Assembly: GCA_001724265.1 (NCBI GenBank)
Contig: MEDY01000022.1
Span: 62,001 to 126,000 of the forward strand
Length of the DNA stretch: 64,000 nucleotides
Direction of reading: 5' to 3'
From: Rhizaria sp. SCN 62-66
Lineage: Eukaryota
Shown: positions 12,801 to 23,100 of the stretch, piece after piece
Position numbering within the stretch: the stretch's first letter is position 1
Layout of the letters: each line of letters starts with the position of its first letter
The notes under the pieces: model-generated
Database searches by the model: none
Seen by the model: the letters and a program-made list of their open reading frames with translations, nothing else
What the model was told of the DNA's origin: nothing
Translations under genes and position numbers: made by a program

Positions 12801-15800
12801 GCAGCAGAGTCACGACGACGGAGGCTTCGGCGGTGTTGGACCGGGAGACGTTCAGAGGGCTGCCACCGGTCTTGTTGCCATCGCTTTTCGCGGCGCTAAC
12901 TTCAGGCGCGGGCTCAGGGAAGTCTTCGGCGTCGGTCGCGGCGAGAGTGCGAGCCCTCGCAGCAGTCGCAGTTAGCGGCACGCTGTCCTCGCCCGCGCCC
13001 TGTTCTGCAGTCGAGTCGCTCTTCGCTGTCGCAGCAGCTGACTTCGCAGCAGGCGCGGCGGGCTTGCCCTTGCGCGCACCGGCAGCAGCAGCGCCCTTTT
13101 TACCCCCGGGACCTGCAGCACCGGCGGACGGCGCGCTGGACTTGGCGCCCCCGGCCCATCCGCAGCGCTCGTGCCACTCTTTAAGCTGTGGAAGCACGCG
13201 CACGCCGCGCTCGCCGTCAGCGCCGACGCGGCCCGCGACGCCCGCACCGCCCTCGCTGGCCAACTCGTCCTCGTTGGCGCCCGTGCCGGCCGTGTCGACA
13301 AAGATCCACGGGACGCGCAGACACGACGGCTGGTCCGCGCCGCGCTGCCGCACCGAGGCAACCTTCTTGCCCTGCGTCGTGTAAGCGACGGTGGGCGCGT
13401 CGAGCGCCAACGTCCGCGGGCCTGCTACGCCGGGGATCTGGTGCAGAAGCCGCGCGGCGACGGGTGCGGCGGCCTTGAGCTTCCCGCCGTAAAGCGCGTG
13501 GCTCGACCAGCGCATGATGTCGGCGTGCATACGGTACTGCACCGAGAGAATCGTCGCAAATCGCCCTACAGTCGGCGAGCAGCGCGGGACCACGCCGGAG
13601 GTACCGAAAAACGCCTTGCCCTCCGGGGTGGAGACACCGTCTGCGGACCGCATGACCCGTTCGAACAAAGTCACGCCGAAGCCCTTTGCGAGCGCGACGT
13701 CAGAGAGGATCGTGGGCGGGAGCTGCAGGTGGTCACCGGCTAGTACAAGGCGGGGAGCCTGCAGCAGAGGGATCAAACAGGCGATTTCGAGCGCTTGCGC
13801 AGCCTCGTCGATGACGACGACGTCGAAGATGCAGTTGCGCACAGCGTAAGAGCGTGCGCCCGCACAAGTCGTCACTACAACGTTGCTGCACGCAAGCACG
13901 CGGTTCACGGAGCGCCTACTCACCTTCTTAAGGTCGTCGGACAGCGCGCGGACCTCTGTGCGTGCCTCCCGCATCTCCGCCCTGGCCTGCGCGCTGGGCG
14001 CCTGCTTCTTGGCGGTGGCATAGCGCTTCTCGGCCTTGGCCAGGTCGCTGCGCAGCGCGGCGACCACGGGCCCGTCGTCGCTGGACGCAGTGAGGTGGTC
14101 GAGGCTGTGCGCAACGACGTCGGGCGTCAGCCGCGCCGGGTGGCCCACGCGCACAACCGACACGGGAATCGAGCCCAGCGCCTCCGCAACGCCGACATTG
14201 CCGCCGGCCGCCGCGGGCGCGGACGCGGCAGTGGCGTTGCCCTGCGTGGCACCCGCGAGCGCGAGCAGCGACGCCACGGCGGCAGCGCCCTCCGCGGGGG
14301 TGATGGCGGCCAGCGCGGCGGAGTCGACGGCGTGCTGCTCCTGCGCGGTGAGGGGGACCGGCGCCTCGGGCAGGCCGGCGCAGACCCAGCGGGCGAGCGG
14401 GATCAAGCGGGGGTCCTCGTCGAGATCATCGGTGACTCGGGGCGGCTTGATTTCAGCGCCCCCGTCGAGAGAGACGGAGTCAGCGGCCGCGAGCAGGGCG
14501 TTGGCCTTGCGGACAGCGCGCAGCCAGTGCGGCTGCGACATGGGCTTATGCAGGACACCATCGTACAGACTTGCGAGCGCAGTGCGCTGGACGGAAGTTA
14601 GGCCATAGGCGTCGACAGCATTAACATCGACTGCATTGCCGTCTTCCTCCGCTTCTTCGTCTGCCTCAACGTCGTCCCCTCCATCGGCATTCGCATCACC
14701 GTCATCTTTCTTACTCGCAGCGGAGGCAGCGGCAGAGGCAGCAGCAGCGGCGGCAACCGCGGCGGCCGCAGCGGAGCGCTTGAACCGCGCCGCCGCGTTG
14801 GCGAGGGCGGCCGTCTTGCGCTTCAGGTTGCGCGCGCGCTGGGCCTGATGCGCAGCGTTGCCGCCGTAGTCGCTCACGATGCGCTCAACGATGTTGTCCG
14901 CGGCCACGTTTGACGGCGCGCAGGCGAGCACGCGGAGCCCCCGGGCGGTGAGCTGCGCGATCAGCTCGACGACCGCGGTGGTCTTGCCAGTGCCGGGCGG
15001 TCCGTGAATGAGTGCGACGGGCGATTGCGAGGGGTACGGTGAGGGGCTGTAGGGCCCGGTGACGTTGGACGGCCGCAGCGGGGGCGCGAGCGCGCGCGAG
15101 ATGGCAATCAGCTGCGGCGCATTCAGCGGGCGCGTGGGGAACCAGCGCAGTGAAGTGGCCGTCACGGCTGCCTCGGCGGTAGGCGCAATGACTTCGGTGT
15201 CGATGTCGGCCGCCAGTGGAGGGGCCGTGCTCGCGGACGCCGCGGTGGCGGCGCCGGTGGCCGTGGTCGTGGCGGGGGTAACGGGCGTGTTCTCGCCCCA
15301 ACCCCACTTGTATGATAGGAGGTCGGCCTGGTGGGTTACTGTGTCGCGCAGGGCCTCGAGGCGAATCGCGTCACGCTTGCTATCCGCAACCACTGCAGCT
15401 GTGCTAGTATTGTCAGTCTTAGACTTTGCGTCGGACTTCTTCTTCATTTTCGCCTCAAGCGCTGTGAGCTGAGTCGCGACGGCGGCCAGCCCTGCGTCCT
15501 CAACGGCGCGCGTGCTTGGGTCGCCGACTGCGGTGCCCTTGAACAGCACGTCGATGACGGGGCGCGCGCGGGCCTCAAAGTTGGTATAGTCGCTCTCGAG
15601 CTGCGCCAGCACGTCCGAGTAGGCACGAAACGTCACATCATTGCCGGACTTGTAGATCGTGTAGGTGTAGCTCGACGCGTTGCTGTTGTCGCGAGTACTG
15701 GAAAAGCTCGCCAGGGTCTGCGACAGCGGACAGGATGCGTTGATGACGTCGAAGCAGACTGTGATGGAGTTGGCGTCTGTGGTGGTGACGACGCCGTTGG

Positions 15801-16305
15801 AGAATGACTTCGCGACGTTGCCGGACGCGGCGGACACGTTCGCAGCGAGATCTTTGCCCGTAACGGGCGCGTCGGCCTTCTGCACGCCCGCGGCGACCTC
15901 CATGGCGTGCTTGCGCCTGTCCCAGCGCGAGTCGTCATCGGCGCCGGCGGTGGACATCTGCGGCAGCGGCGTGCCGGTGATGCACACCTGCGCCAGGTCG
16001 CGCGTCGAGAACGAGTGCTCGTTGCCGATCTCCTGCGCGCTGGTAAAGGTCACGTGCGTGCGCCCGTACATGTCTTTGTGCGTGGCGGTGACGGCGAGCT
16101 TGGTGACGCAGAGGCCGTCTAGCACGAGCGAATGCTGCGAATTGTTGGCCAGCGTGTCCAGCTCCTTCGTAAGCTCCTCGAGACGCTCAACGTTGACGAG
16201 CTCGCGCATGTGGGTAGTGTAGTCCTTCAAATCAAATGGCTTTGCTGCCGCCGGGGCATCGGATGCTGCCGAGGAAGGCTTTGCCGATGTCTTTGATGTC
16301 GACAT
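9802..16305 (-). CDS. IGHMBP2: IGHMBP2/SMUBP-2-like SF1B (Upf1-like) helicase with C-terminal AN1 zinc finger (2167 aa, intronless, long low-complexity insertions)
   Basis: Motifs in order: HGPPGTGKTT, ACAPSNVAADN, VRVGHPAR, FDVVVIDEAAQALE, LAGDHLQLPPTI, TLFER, LSVQYRMH, FVDTAG, SRSNTAEA, VITPYRAQV, TVDGFQGREKD, VRSN...VGFLEDKRRMNVAITRAKR. AN1 finger CGLAGC...CQHCRREYCVEHRNPLFHGC. Stop TGA. Confidence 0.92.
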   Translation of the reverse strand: MSTSKTSAKPSSAASDAPAAAKPFDLKDYTTHMRELVNVERLEELTKELDTLANNSQHSLVLDGLCVTKLAVTATHKDMYGRTHVTFTSAQEIGNEHSFSTRDLAQVCITGTPLPQMSTAGADDDSRWDRRKHAMEVAAGVQKADAPVTGKDLAANVSAASGNVAKSFSNGVVTTTDANSITVCFDVINASCPLSQTLASFSSTRDNSNASSYTYTIYKSGNDVTFRAYSDVLAQLESDYTNFEARARPVIDVLFKGTAVGDPSTRAVEDAGLAAVATQLTALEAKMKKKSDAKSKTDNTSTAAVVADSKRDAIRLEALRDTVTHQADLLSYKWGWGENTPVTPATTTATGAATAASASTAPPLAADIDTEVIAPTAEAAVTATSLRWFPTRPLNAPQLIAISRALAPPLRPSNVTGPYSPSPYPSQSPVALIHGPPGTGKTTAVVELIAQLTARGLRVLACAPSNVAADNIVERIVSDYGGNAAHQAQRARNLKRKTAALANAAARFKRSAAAAAVAAAAAASAAASAASKKDDGDANADGGDDVEADEEAEEDGNAVDVNAVDAYGLTSVQRTALASLYDGVLHKPMSQPHWLRAVRKANALLAAADSVSLDGGAEIKPPRVTDDLDEDPRLIPLARWVCAGLPEAPVPLTAQEQHAVDSAALAAITPAEGAAAVASLLALAGATQGNATAASAPAAAGGNVGVAEALGSIPVSVVRVGHPARLTPDVVAHSLDHLTASSDDGPVVAALRSDLAKAEKRYATAKKQAPSAQARAEMREARTEVRALSDDLKKVSRRSVNRVLACSNVVVTTCAGARSYAVRNCIFDVVVIDEAAQALEIACLIPLLQAPRLVLAGDHLQLPPTILSDVALAKGFGVTLFERVMRSADGVSTPEGKAFFGTSGVVPRCSPTVGRFATILSVQYRMHADIMRWSSHALYGGKLKAAAPVAARLLHQIPGVAGPRTLALDAPTVAYTTQGKKVASVRQRGADQPSCLRVPWIFVDTAGTGANEDELASEGGAGVAGRVGADGERGVRVLPQLKEWHERCGWAGGAKSSAPSAGAAGPGGKKGAAAAGARKGKPAAPAAKSAAATAKSDSTAEQGAGEDSVPLTATAARARTLAATDAEDFPEPAPEVSAAKSDGNKTGGSPLNVSRSNTAEASVVVTLLLHFLSFNLLPSRVAVITPYRAQVRLLKASAYLAPFIAEGLEIGTVDGFQGREKDLVLVSMVRSNEHGEVGFLEDKRRMNVAITRAKRAIVVVGDSDTIGCSEFLEGIVEYSQKHGQVRTADELFVMDGSFLSDKDKSKDADSSKETAAYDAAKSKVQQAVDMAAAATTALNATSKASVSTPEPVSSDATSKPEDAPTDVSATATNSTAVSAAYATSMLKEPAVPEWQQRHAEAEAAGDEGYTEVPVYNAAAALAAVAAAADQQRLADEAAAAAKRAAADAAARAARPATPPPPATVTRAAAAALGSLCQLPLRPPQSPDPAAAAAAAKRAVSFVPYAEVAWGKLKFTVPLSAPRRCATAEEAAEAAAAVAAAAATASAASVAAAAAESVKNDIVLVEDISVAVSSFNAISVQTSGSVDGTNAAATGASSKGKSSWYTAPSAAGPVTKEQKAAQKSAKANTQVGLSNAALARVPLPNGCTYAGVAVGAGGVSSCLEAAAAEDADAAPWAPFVVDERCDLISTAKQVISSSESSDNAGSLSAIPAIAAVSAAATANAATSAVSVSAVTAAEYAAAHSLSLQGTDSDSAYFFHAPVTRLNFGEFLHSVSAQTGVPAGVLKVTHRGRMVKSDADMNTAVDAALSLRARAGVAAAANSANAAHTAEEHRSPVVQFVVIGASVGEPTAGPLFLAKLKEKQLALVTLQAQENSSDVTVKTAPASVPEPTAKPAALAPAPVSATKPTAIATSHKPAAKPAPAAVPVAAKPVASRFTGGGALGSAPGAAEGVSRLGYTIRQQASSAVSSSLVPSDPSRPLSHPLLALPVVAAVPESSNADEPVDTAASSKASQNKSGKKKANTDDDDDIDAVLSELRVGQCGLAGCKTKSSYNRYPCQHCRREYCVEHRNPLFHGCERDAEVANRATAIANATASVVRAADKPGWGSGTVGSATEAERARSRFAGSAAMKPLSEAERKRALDKAKERLAEAGGHSQQKKKDDDKNKKK

Positions 16306-16895
16306 CGCACAGCAAAGCTAACAGTGAATTAGGCGAGAGAATCAAGGATGGAGTAGAGCTTAGATGTGAGAGTTAGAGCATACAATTACATATTCGAACT
16401 GGTATATACATTACACATCGAATAATATAGCATATATATCATTTAACAGAGTATATGACACATAAACAACAATGCTAATTCGGAATCAAATGACTGCTGT
16501 AGTCGTGATGTTCCGTGTCGCAAAACAGCACTTGTGGCCAGATCTATAATTCGACGTATACATCGCGATAAAAAGGAATATAGATACGCTATGCGCTTTT
16601 ATGAACTGTAATGTTTGGAATCAATGCCGGATTCAAGTACCAAGACCATCAGGCATCATTAAAGCATGTACATCTTGAGTGTACGTTCAGTTGCAACCTA
16701 TTGCTGTGATGATCGTTCGTCTAAAAAATGTGGACGTATGCTTTGAATTAAACATCAATAGTGCAATAATGGCAAATGTGGAGAGTAAATTAATTGTATG
16801 ATCTGTGTAAGCTAATTCAGTAGTGTTGGCTAAGTAAAAAATAATGATCAAAGTCATCATACAATAGTGAAGTAACATGTAACACAGCGCCACAT

Positions 16896-17070
16896 TTACT
16901 GTTGATCATCTTCTTCATTCTGTTCAGACATGAAAGCAGGCAATGCAACCGACCACTCTGGGTGCACCCCGGTTCCGGCATCAGAGCGCCTAGAACGAGA
17001 CGCCTTGGTGTTTTTTTCGCTTTGACGACTTTGCTGCAAACTCGCCTGAGGCTGCACGAGCCCGTCTTGA

Positions 17071-17116
<46 letters not shown>

Positions 17117-20100
17117 GGGGCTGATTGTGCGGCAATTGTTGTTGATGTAGCTGGGCCTGTTCGGAATGCATCTGCTGTTGATGGTACATTGCATGCTGAT
17201 CCAACTGGTGCTGCTGCTGCTCGTAGTAAGGCTCCTGTGAGACAAAGCCTCTGTCAATATGAGCATGATCTGCAACAGCAGGAGCCGTGAGCTCAAGCGT
17301 CGACATGCCGCCATCGAAGCTGTGTTTACGGTCAACGCCCGCAGCCTCGGTAGAATACTGAGAGAACTGGGCGGAATCCACGGGCTGGTTCATGATCTGC
17401 TGCATATCGTGATGCTCATGTAGCTGTTTGTCTTGCTGTTGTTGGTAAAGTTCGTACTTGTGCCGCTCTTTGCTCTCCATCGCCTGCCGCATCGCAAGCT
17501 GGCGCTGCTGCTCTACCACCTCAGGCTGCTGCTGGTACAGCTCCTCTTGTCGCAGTTTGTCCTGGTGTTGGATGTAGGCTGCGTGGTCCAGGAACTCCTG
17601 CGGCGTCGGGAGCAGGGCGCCGTACTCAGAAACGTAACCAGACTGGAACTGAGCCTGCTGTGCTGGCTGATACTGGTCTGACTGCTGATGATACGCGGGG
17701 TTAGCGTTGAGAACGTCATGAATCGCACCAGCACCATGTCCATGTTGTTCATACTGACCGTCGTAGTTGTTCTGAGAATACACGTTAGTGCTATCATCAA
17801 CACTGCCAGCGTGAAAACTGTTGGGGATGTCGGCATTAGAATAAGACTGGCCTTGATACATAGACTCTTCAATCCGTGTATCAACACCGTGAATCTGCTG
17901 CTGTTGTTGGTATTGCTGGTGCTGTTGGGAATCAGCTTGCAACGGGTCGACTCCTGTTCCGTAGCCGTAACTCAGCGGCACTGGAGCCTCCATCATGCGC
18001 TCCTGCCGTTGCCTCTGCAGCAGTTCGGTCTGCTGACTATAGTCGGACATCGTGGCCTGCCACTGCAGGTACTGGTTGCGCAGATGCAGCCATTCGTTGT
18101 ACAACCCTTCCTGGCGGTACTGGTATTGATCCTGCGTCTCCCAGTCAAACGCGTTCGTGGGCACAAACTGGTCGCCGACGTCTTGCGGCACAGCGAGCTC
18201 GATCTCATGGTCAGGGCGCGGGTACTGACCGTGGTCCACGTAGCGAGGATATTGCCCGATGGCGTGACCATGAGGGTGTTGCTGCTGAGCGGGATACTGC
18301 GCCTGCTGAGCAGATGCATCCCCTGAGTTTTGATGAGCAATAGTACCGTCAGTATAGTGACTGTTGCCAGACGCACCCTCGTAGTTTTGCTCTTGACTAG
18401 GATAATCACTTGCGCCGTAGTAGTTAGGGTCAGAATACTACTGGTTGTGCCCATGCCAGTCAGAGCTGCTTACATCAGTCGCAACATAGTGTCCGTCAAC
18501 AGTTCCGTCATTGTAAGCATCAGCGTTTGGGTTGTACAAGGATGAGTTATCGATATTAGCGCCTGTGGGCATCGGTAACGGCACAACACAGTTTACGTCA
18601 CCAGCTTCGTCGTACGTCTCCTCAATCATAATACCGACGTTCGAGTCCGCGCCGCTTTCACCAGCAGTATCAATCGCAAGACTCTGATGATGAGGTTGGT
18701 GTTGATGTTGATGGTATTGCTGCAGGTGCTGTTGTGACTCCGACAGATCAGGGTGAAGAGCAGTCTCCAGTGCGTTCTGCCAGTCGTCTGGGCTGTTCAC
18801 GTTCACTTCAGCGATCGGCGACTGCATCTGGGAGTCATTGACCGTCCCGGTCTCCGCAGCAGCCGCAGCAGCCGTTGCGGCGGCAACGGCGTCAGCGAAC
18901 GGTTGAAACAGATTCTGCTGCCGCAACTGGTGGATGTGTTCATCGCTCAGCTGCGAGTACACACCCGTCACGAGCACCTCGGTATCACCTGCGTCGTCAG
19001 CTGCTGACTGCCCAGCGTGACCGAGACCGGAGCCCGCGCCGCTGCCGCCAGCACCAGCAACAACGGAAGCGACTTGGCGGTACAGGTGGGTATGCTTCAG
19101 CTGCGCCGGGATCCTGTCGGCGACTGGCTGCAGCGTGCTGGTGACTGTGTTGAACACAGACCGCAGCACACCGTTGCCGCTGGCAGCGCCACGAGCAGTT
19201 GCAGCAGCAACCTGCTGCTGTTGTTGCTGTTGCTGCTGTAAGCGATAGTCACTAGTACTCCCGTGAGCGTTCCCAGCTGCGTCATAGCCATAATAACTAC
19301 TCGCACCAGCCCGGCCGCTGCCTCCGCCACCGAGACCGACGAGCGCGCCGAGTCCGCCGCCTGCGTTACTATTTTGAGCCCTGGACTGCGACGAGTCGCC
19401 TGCAGCAGCCATCGCCTCGCGCGCGGTGAGAACGCGGTCGATATCGTTGCGGTACAGCGCGGTGTGTGTCTTGGCCATCCGGCGCCACTGAAACAGTAGA
19501 TCTCCCAGAGCGTCGCTGGTGACGGCAGAGCGCAGCTCAGCAGCAGCAGCAGAGGGCAGTGAAGGAAACAGAGCGCCGCCGCGGCTTAGCGTCTTCGTAG
19601 GATTCGACTTCACAGAGTGAGTTGCTGCGGCCGTAGTGTGGACAACACGCACGTGTGACTGTGTCGCTGCGGCGCGGCGTGAAGTGGCGGCACGCAGCAG
19701 CGACGTCTCAAGCAGTTGCCCTGCCTTAACAGCGGCGAGCGTCACCACAGCGCTGCACGTGTCAGAGTGACGGTAGCTGACAAACGGCGGCAACAGCACC
19801 GGCAGCGACGCAGCGTGTGCAGCACAAGCCTCGGACTGTTCCAGGTTGCTCAGAGTGGCGGCGCCGCGCCGACCGGCTCCAGTGTTCCGGCTTGTGTAAC
19901 CTGACCCCAGCGCCGGCGAGGTGGCGTCGTCCAAAGTCATTTGGCGCAGAGATATGATCGGAGTGCACGCTTCGGTTGATATACCAGCTGGCACGGCGGG
20001 CGGCTTGGTTGTAAAAACGCGCAACATGTTCGAGAGGCCCAGTGCAGCTGTGCCAAGCTTGGCATCCGCAGCGATGAGAGCTTGAGGTGGGAGGTCAACG

Positions 20101-23100
20101 GAAAGAGCACGAACTGCACTGTTGTCGTCGTTCATATCGCTTGCAGACTCGGTAAAGGCGAGCATAGGCGCAACGTCGGCGTGCGAAATCGATAGCAAGC
20201 GCGGCAGGTGTTGGACCAGCAGCTCGGATACACGATTGCTGGTGGCGAGCGCACTCGCCCTCTGTCCATCAGGACTGCTATTCAGGCCGAGAGTCGGGAG
20301 AGCAACCGTAGCAGAGTCCAACTGCGACGATGCATACCGTGGGAACTGTTTACTAGCGCGCTTGCTAGGATGCAAGCGACCTCCGACAGCGTCGGCAACT
20401 CCGCTAGTGTAGCTATCGAGCTCGTTCAGCATCAAGTGCAAGTGATCTAAGCGCACCGATGACCGCGCCGGGTCTGACAGCGGCACACGCCGCAGCAGCT
20501 GGCCTCGATCGCTGCACCGCGTTCCGGGCATGATGCGGGCGTTAGAGTATGCAACCACTGTGAGACCGAGTGCCTGCTGTTGCTGCTGGTGATGCTGGAG
20601 AAGAGAAACATGTGACTGCGCTGCCGTCGCGCCAGGGGGCGTGCGCGGGAGCTTGCCGCGGACGGTGACGGGCGTGACGGTAAGCAGCAGCTGTTTGCGG
20701 TTTGCGACATCGTGATAGAGGGCGCGTGTTGTGGCGTCAATGAAGTTAGTCCCCTCGAGTGCAATAGGAAGGCGCAACTCATACTTGCGAGCCCGAGCAG
20801 CATTTGCACCAAACGTACTGTCGGCAAGGCTTGATGTGATCGTGCTTTCACTTGGGGCATAGAACAGAGTACGGTGATCTAAAGCGGCTAGCGATGAAAC
20901 AGCAAGAGCCAGCACCGTGTCCTGGTCATTGTGCAGTTCAACAGCGGACTTCGGAGACGAAGATGCTGAAAGCTTAAGCGCGGCACGGCCGTATGCGTTC
21001 GCGACAAGTCCAACAAAGCTACAGAGACCGCATGCATTCGCAGTCACAGCGTTAAGAGCGTCGTGAGCTGTAGCGCTCGTCTCAGAAACTGAGTTTTTAT
21101 CAGCGGAAACCGCGTTGGCCGCAGCGAACACAGTGTTTGTATCCGGTGCTGATGCCGACAGCAGCCGCAGGAGTGTTGTGGTGTGCGCACGGTCTTGCCC
21201 TGCGTTGATGATCACGGGCATCCACCGAGTGCTGTCGACTGCGTAGCCCTGCAGAGCGGGCAGCACGCGCAGCGGCTGCGGGATAATCGCAGTCGCCGCC
21301 GCCACAGTCGCCGTGGAGGCCGCAGAGTACGGGTAGGACGGCATCGGCGACGTGCCCAGTGACGGCGGACTCAGCAGTGGCGCTGCCGGGGTCGCCGCTG
21401 CGGATGCCGTGGCAGTAATCGCGGAGTAAGCCGGCAGCGCGGAGAATGATGACGCGCCGGAGGACATTGGCGAGAGCGTATGGGGAGTCAGCGGGGACGC
21501 ACTGGGGCCTGGGTGCGTAATGTGGGTAGACGAGAGTGCAGACTGAGCGCGGGCTCTATCATTGTAAGCTGCATGAGGGTGTGTAAAAGAGCGGAGAGTA
21601 GTGTGCAGAGCGTCAAAGTTAAGCCGCGTTCGGACGCCCAATTGAGGTGCGTTGAGATGCGCGAGCAACTCAGAATACGAATGAACAGTAATGCATGGAG
21701 CGCCGTCAGTAGAACTCTTAGGTCCGAAGACAGACAACGAAAGAGAATAGAAGTAGCTGCAGTGGGCACATAAAGGGCGATCAGACGCGTCAGAGACACC
21801 TTGGTTCGAAGGCTTCGAAAGGGCCGTCTCATGATCAGACAATAACGGAGCGAGAATGAACATATCATGTGCAATCTCCGAGTTGCGCTGGTTCTCAACA
21901 ACAAGCGCCACAGGGAAGCTGGGGTAGCTGTGACTGGGAATGTTCAGACTGCTGCTCGACGGCACGTGTGCGACAGCAGCAGCGTCGACCGGTGGTGTGG
22001 CAGCATTGCCGCGGTCGCTGCCGACTCCAGGGACGCCACCGCGGCGCCCGTTGGGGTAGGGGTTGTGGTGCGAGAGCGTATTTACCGATGTAAACGAGGT
22101 CAGCGAGTCGGACGACATGAATAGACCAGGCGTCTCACCTGCAACTTCATCGCCGGCGTTGGGGATGTTGCGATGATGGTTAAGCTCGACTGCGGGTGAA
22201 ATCGCAAGCGGCGTATCCGGCCCCGCTTCAGGTGTACCGTCACGGTGCAGAGGGAACCGGTGGCTGTGGCCGCTGACAGCGCCCGAACTGGTGACTCGCG
22301 CCAGCGCAAGACGGTCTCCACCTGCGGCAGAGTGGCCCCCGTGACCTGATCCCAATGGTAGAGCGTTTGTAGACGCGGAAGCCAGTGGATCAATCGCAAA
22401 GTCTGGCATTGTTGCGGACGACACAGACCGCGCCCGTGCCGCTGTTCCGGGACTTAGCGGGTGGGCCACGGGGTGGCCAGCAGTGGCATTCGCATTACCG
22501 GATGTAGCCGAGTGCGCGTGCGCCAGCGCCAGCGTATGTTGCTGCTACTGCTGTAGTGTCGGCGCGGAAGTGTGCGGAGACTGTGAACGCGGGCGCGAAT
22601 GCGAGCTCGACCGCTGCTGTTGCTGATGCATCTGCTGCTGGTAATGTTGCTGCTGCATAACCGAAGATGATTGTGGACGCGTTGCATGGCGGTTGGAGCC
22701 AGAGTCAAACGTCGTGTTAGCGCGAGCAATCGCTCCAAATCCATTGGTATTAGTGTTAGGGCCTGCAGTTAAAATGCGCGCGCGTTGACTTAGTGGCGGT
22801 AGCGGCGCGGCCGAGGCAGCTGCAGCTGGGGCACTGGCAACAGGGACTGCGCTCTGTGGTGACGTGAGCCCAGGAGTACTACGTGTGGCTGCGTTCTGCG
22901 CAAAGTTCAGCCGGCTACGCTGAGTCATCATGCCAACTGCAACAGGCGGCACAGCGGTGACCGCGACATTAGCAGGGTGCTGTTGTTGATGTTGATGTTG
23001 CAGTGGTAGTTGAGGCACCGCAGTTGGGTACTCAGCTACGGGAAACGGAGTATCAGCAGCCGTTGCTGTCGCATTCGTCGGAGTGCCAGCAGTGACCATG

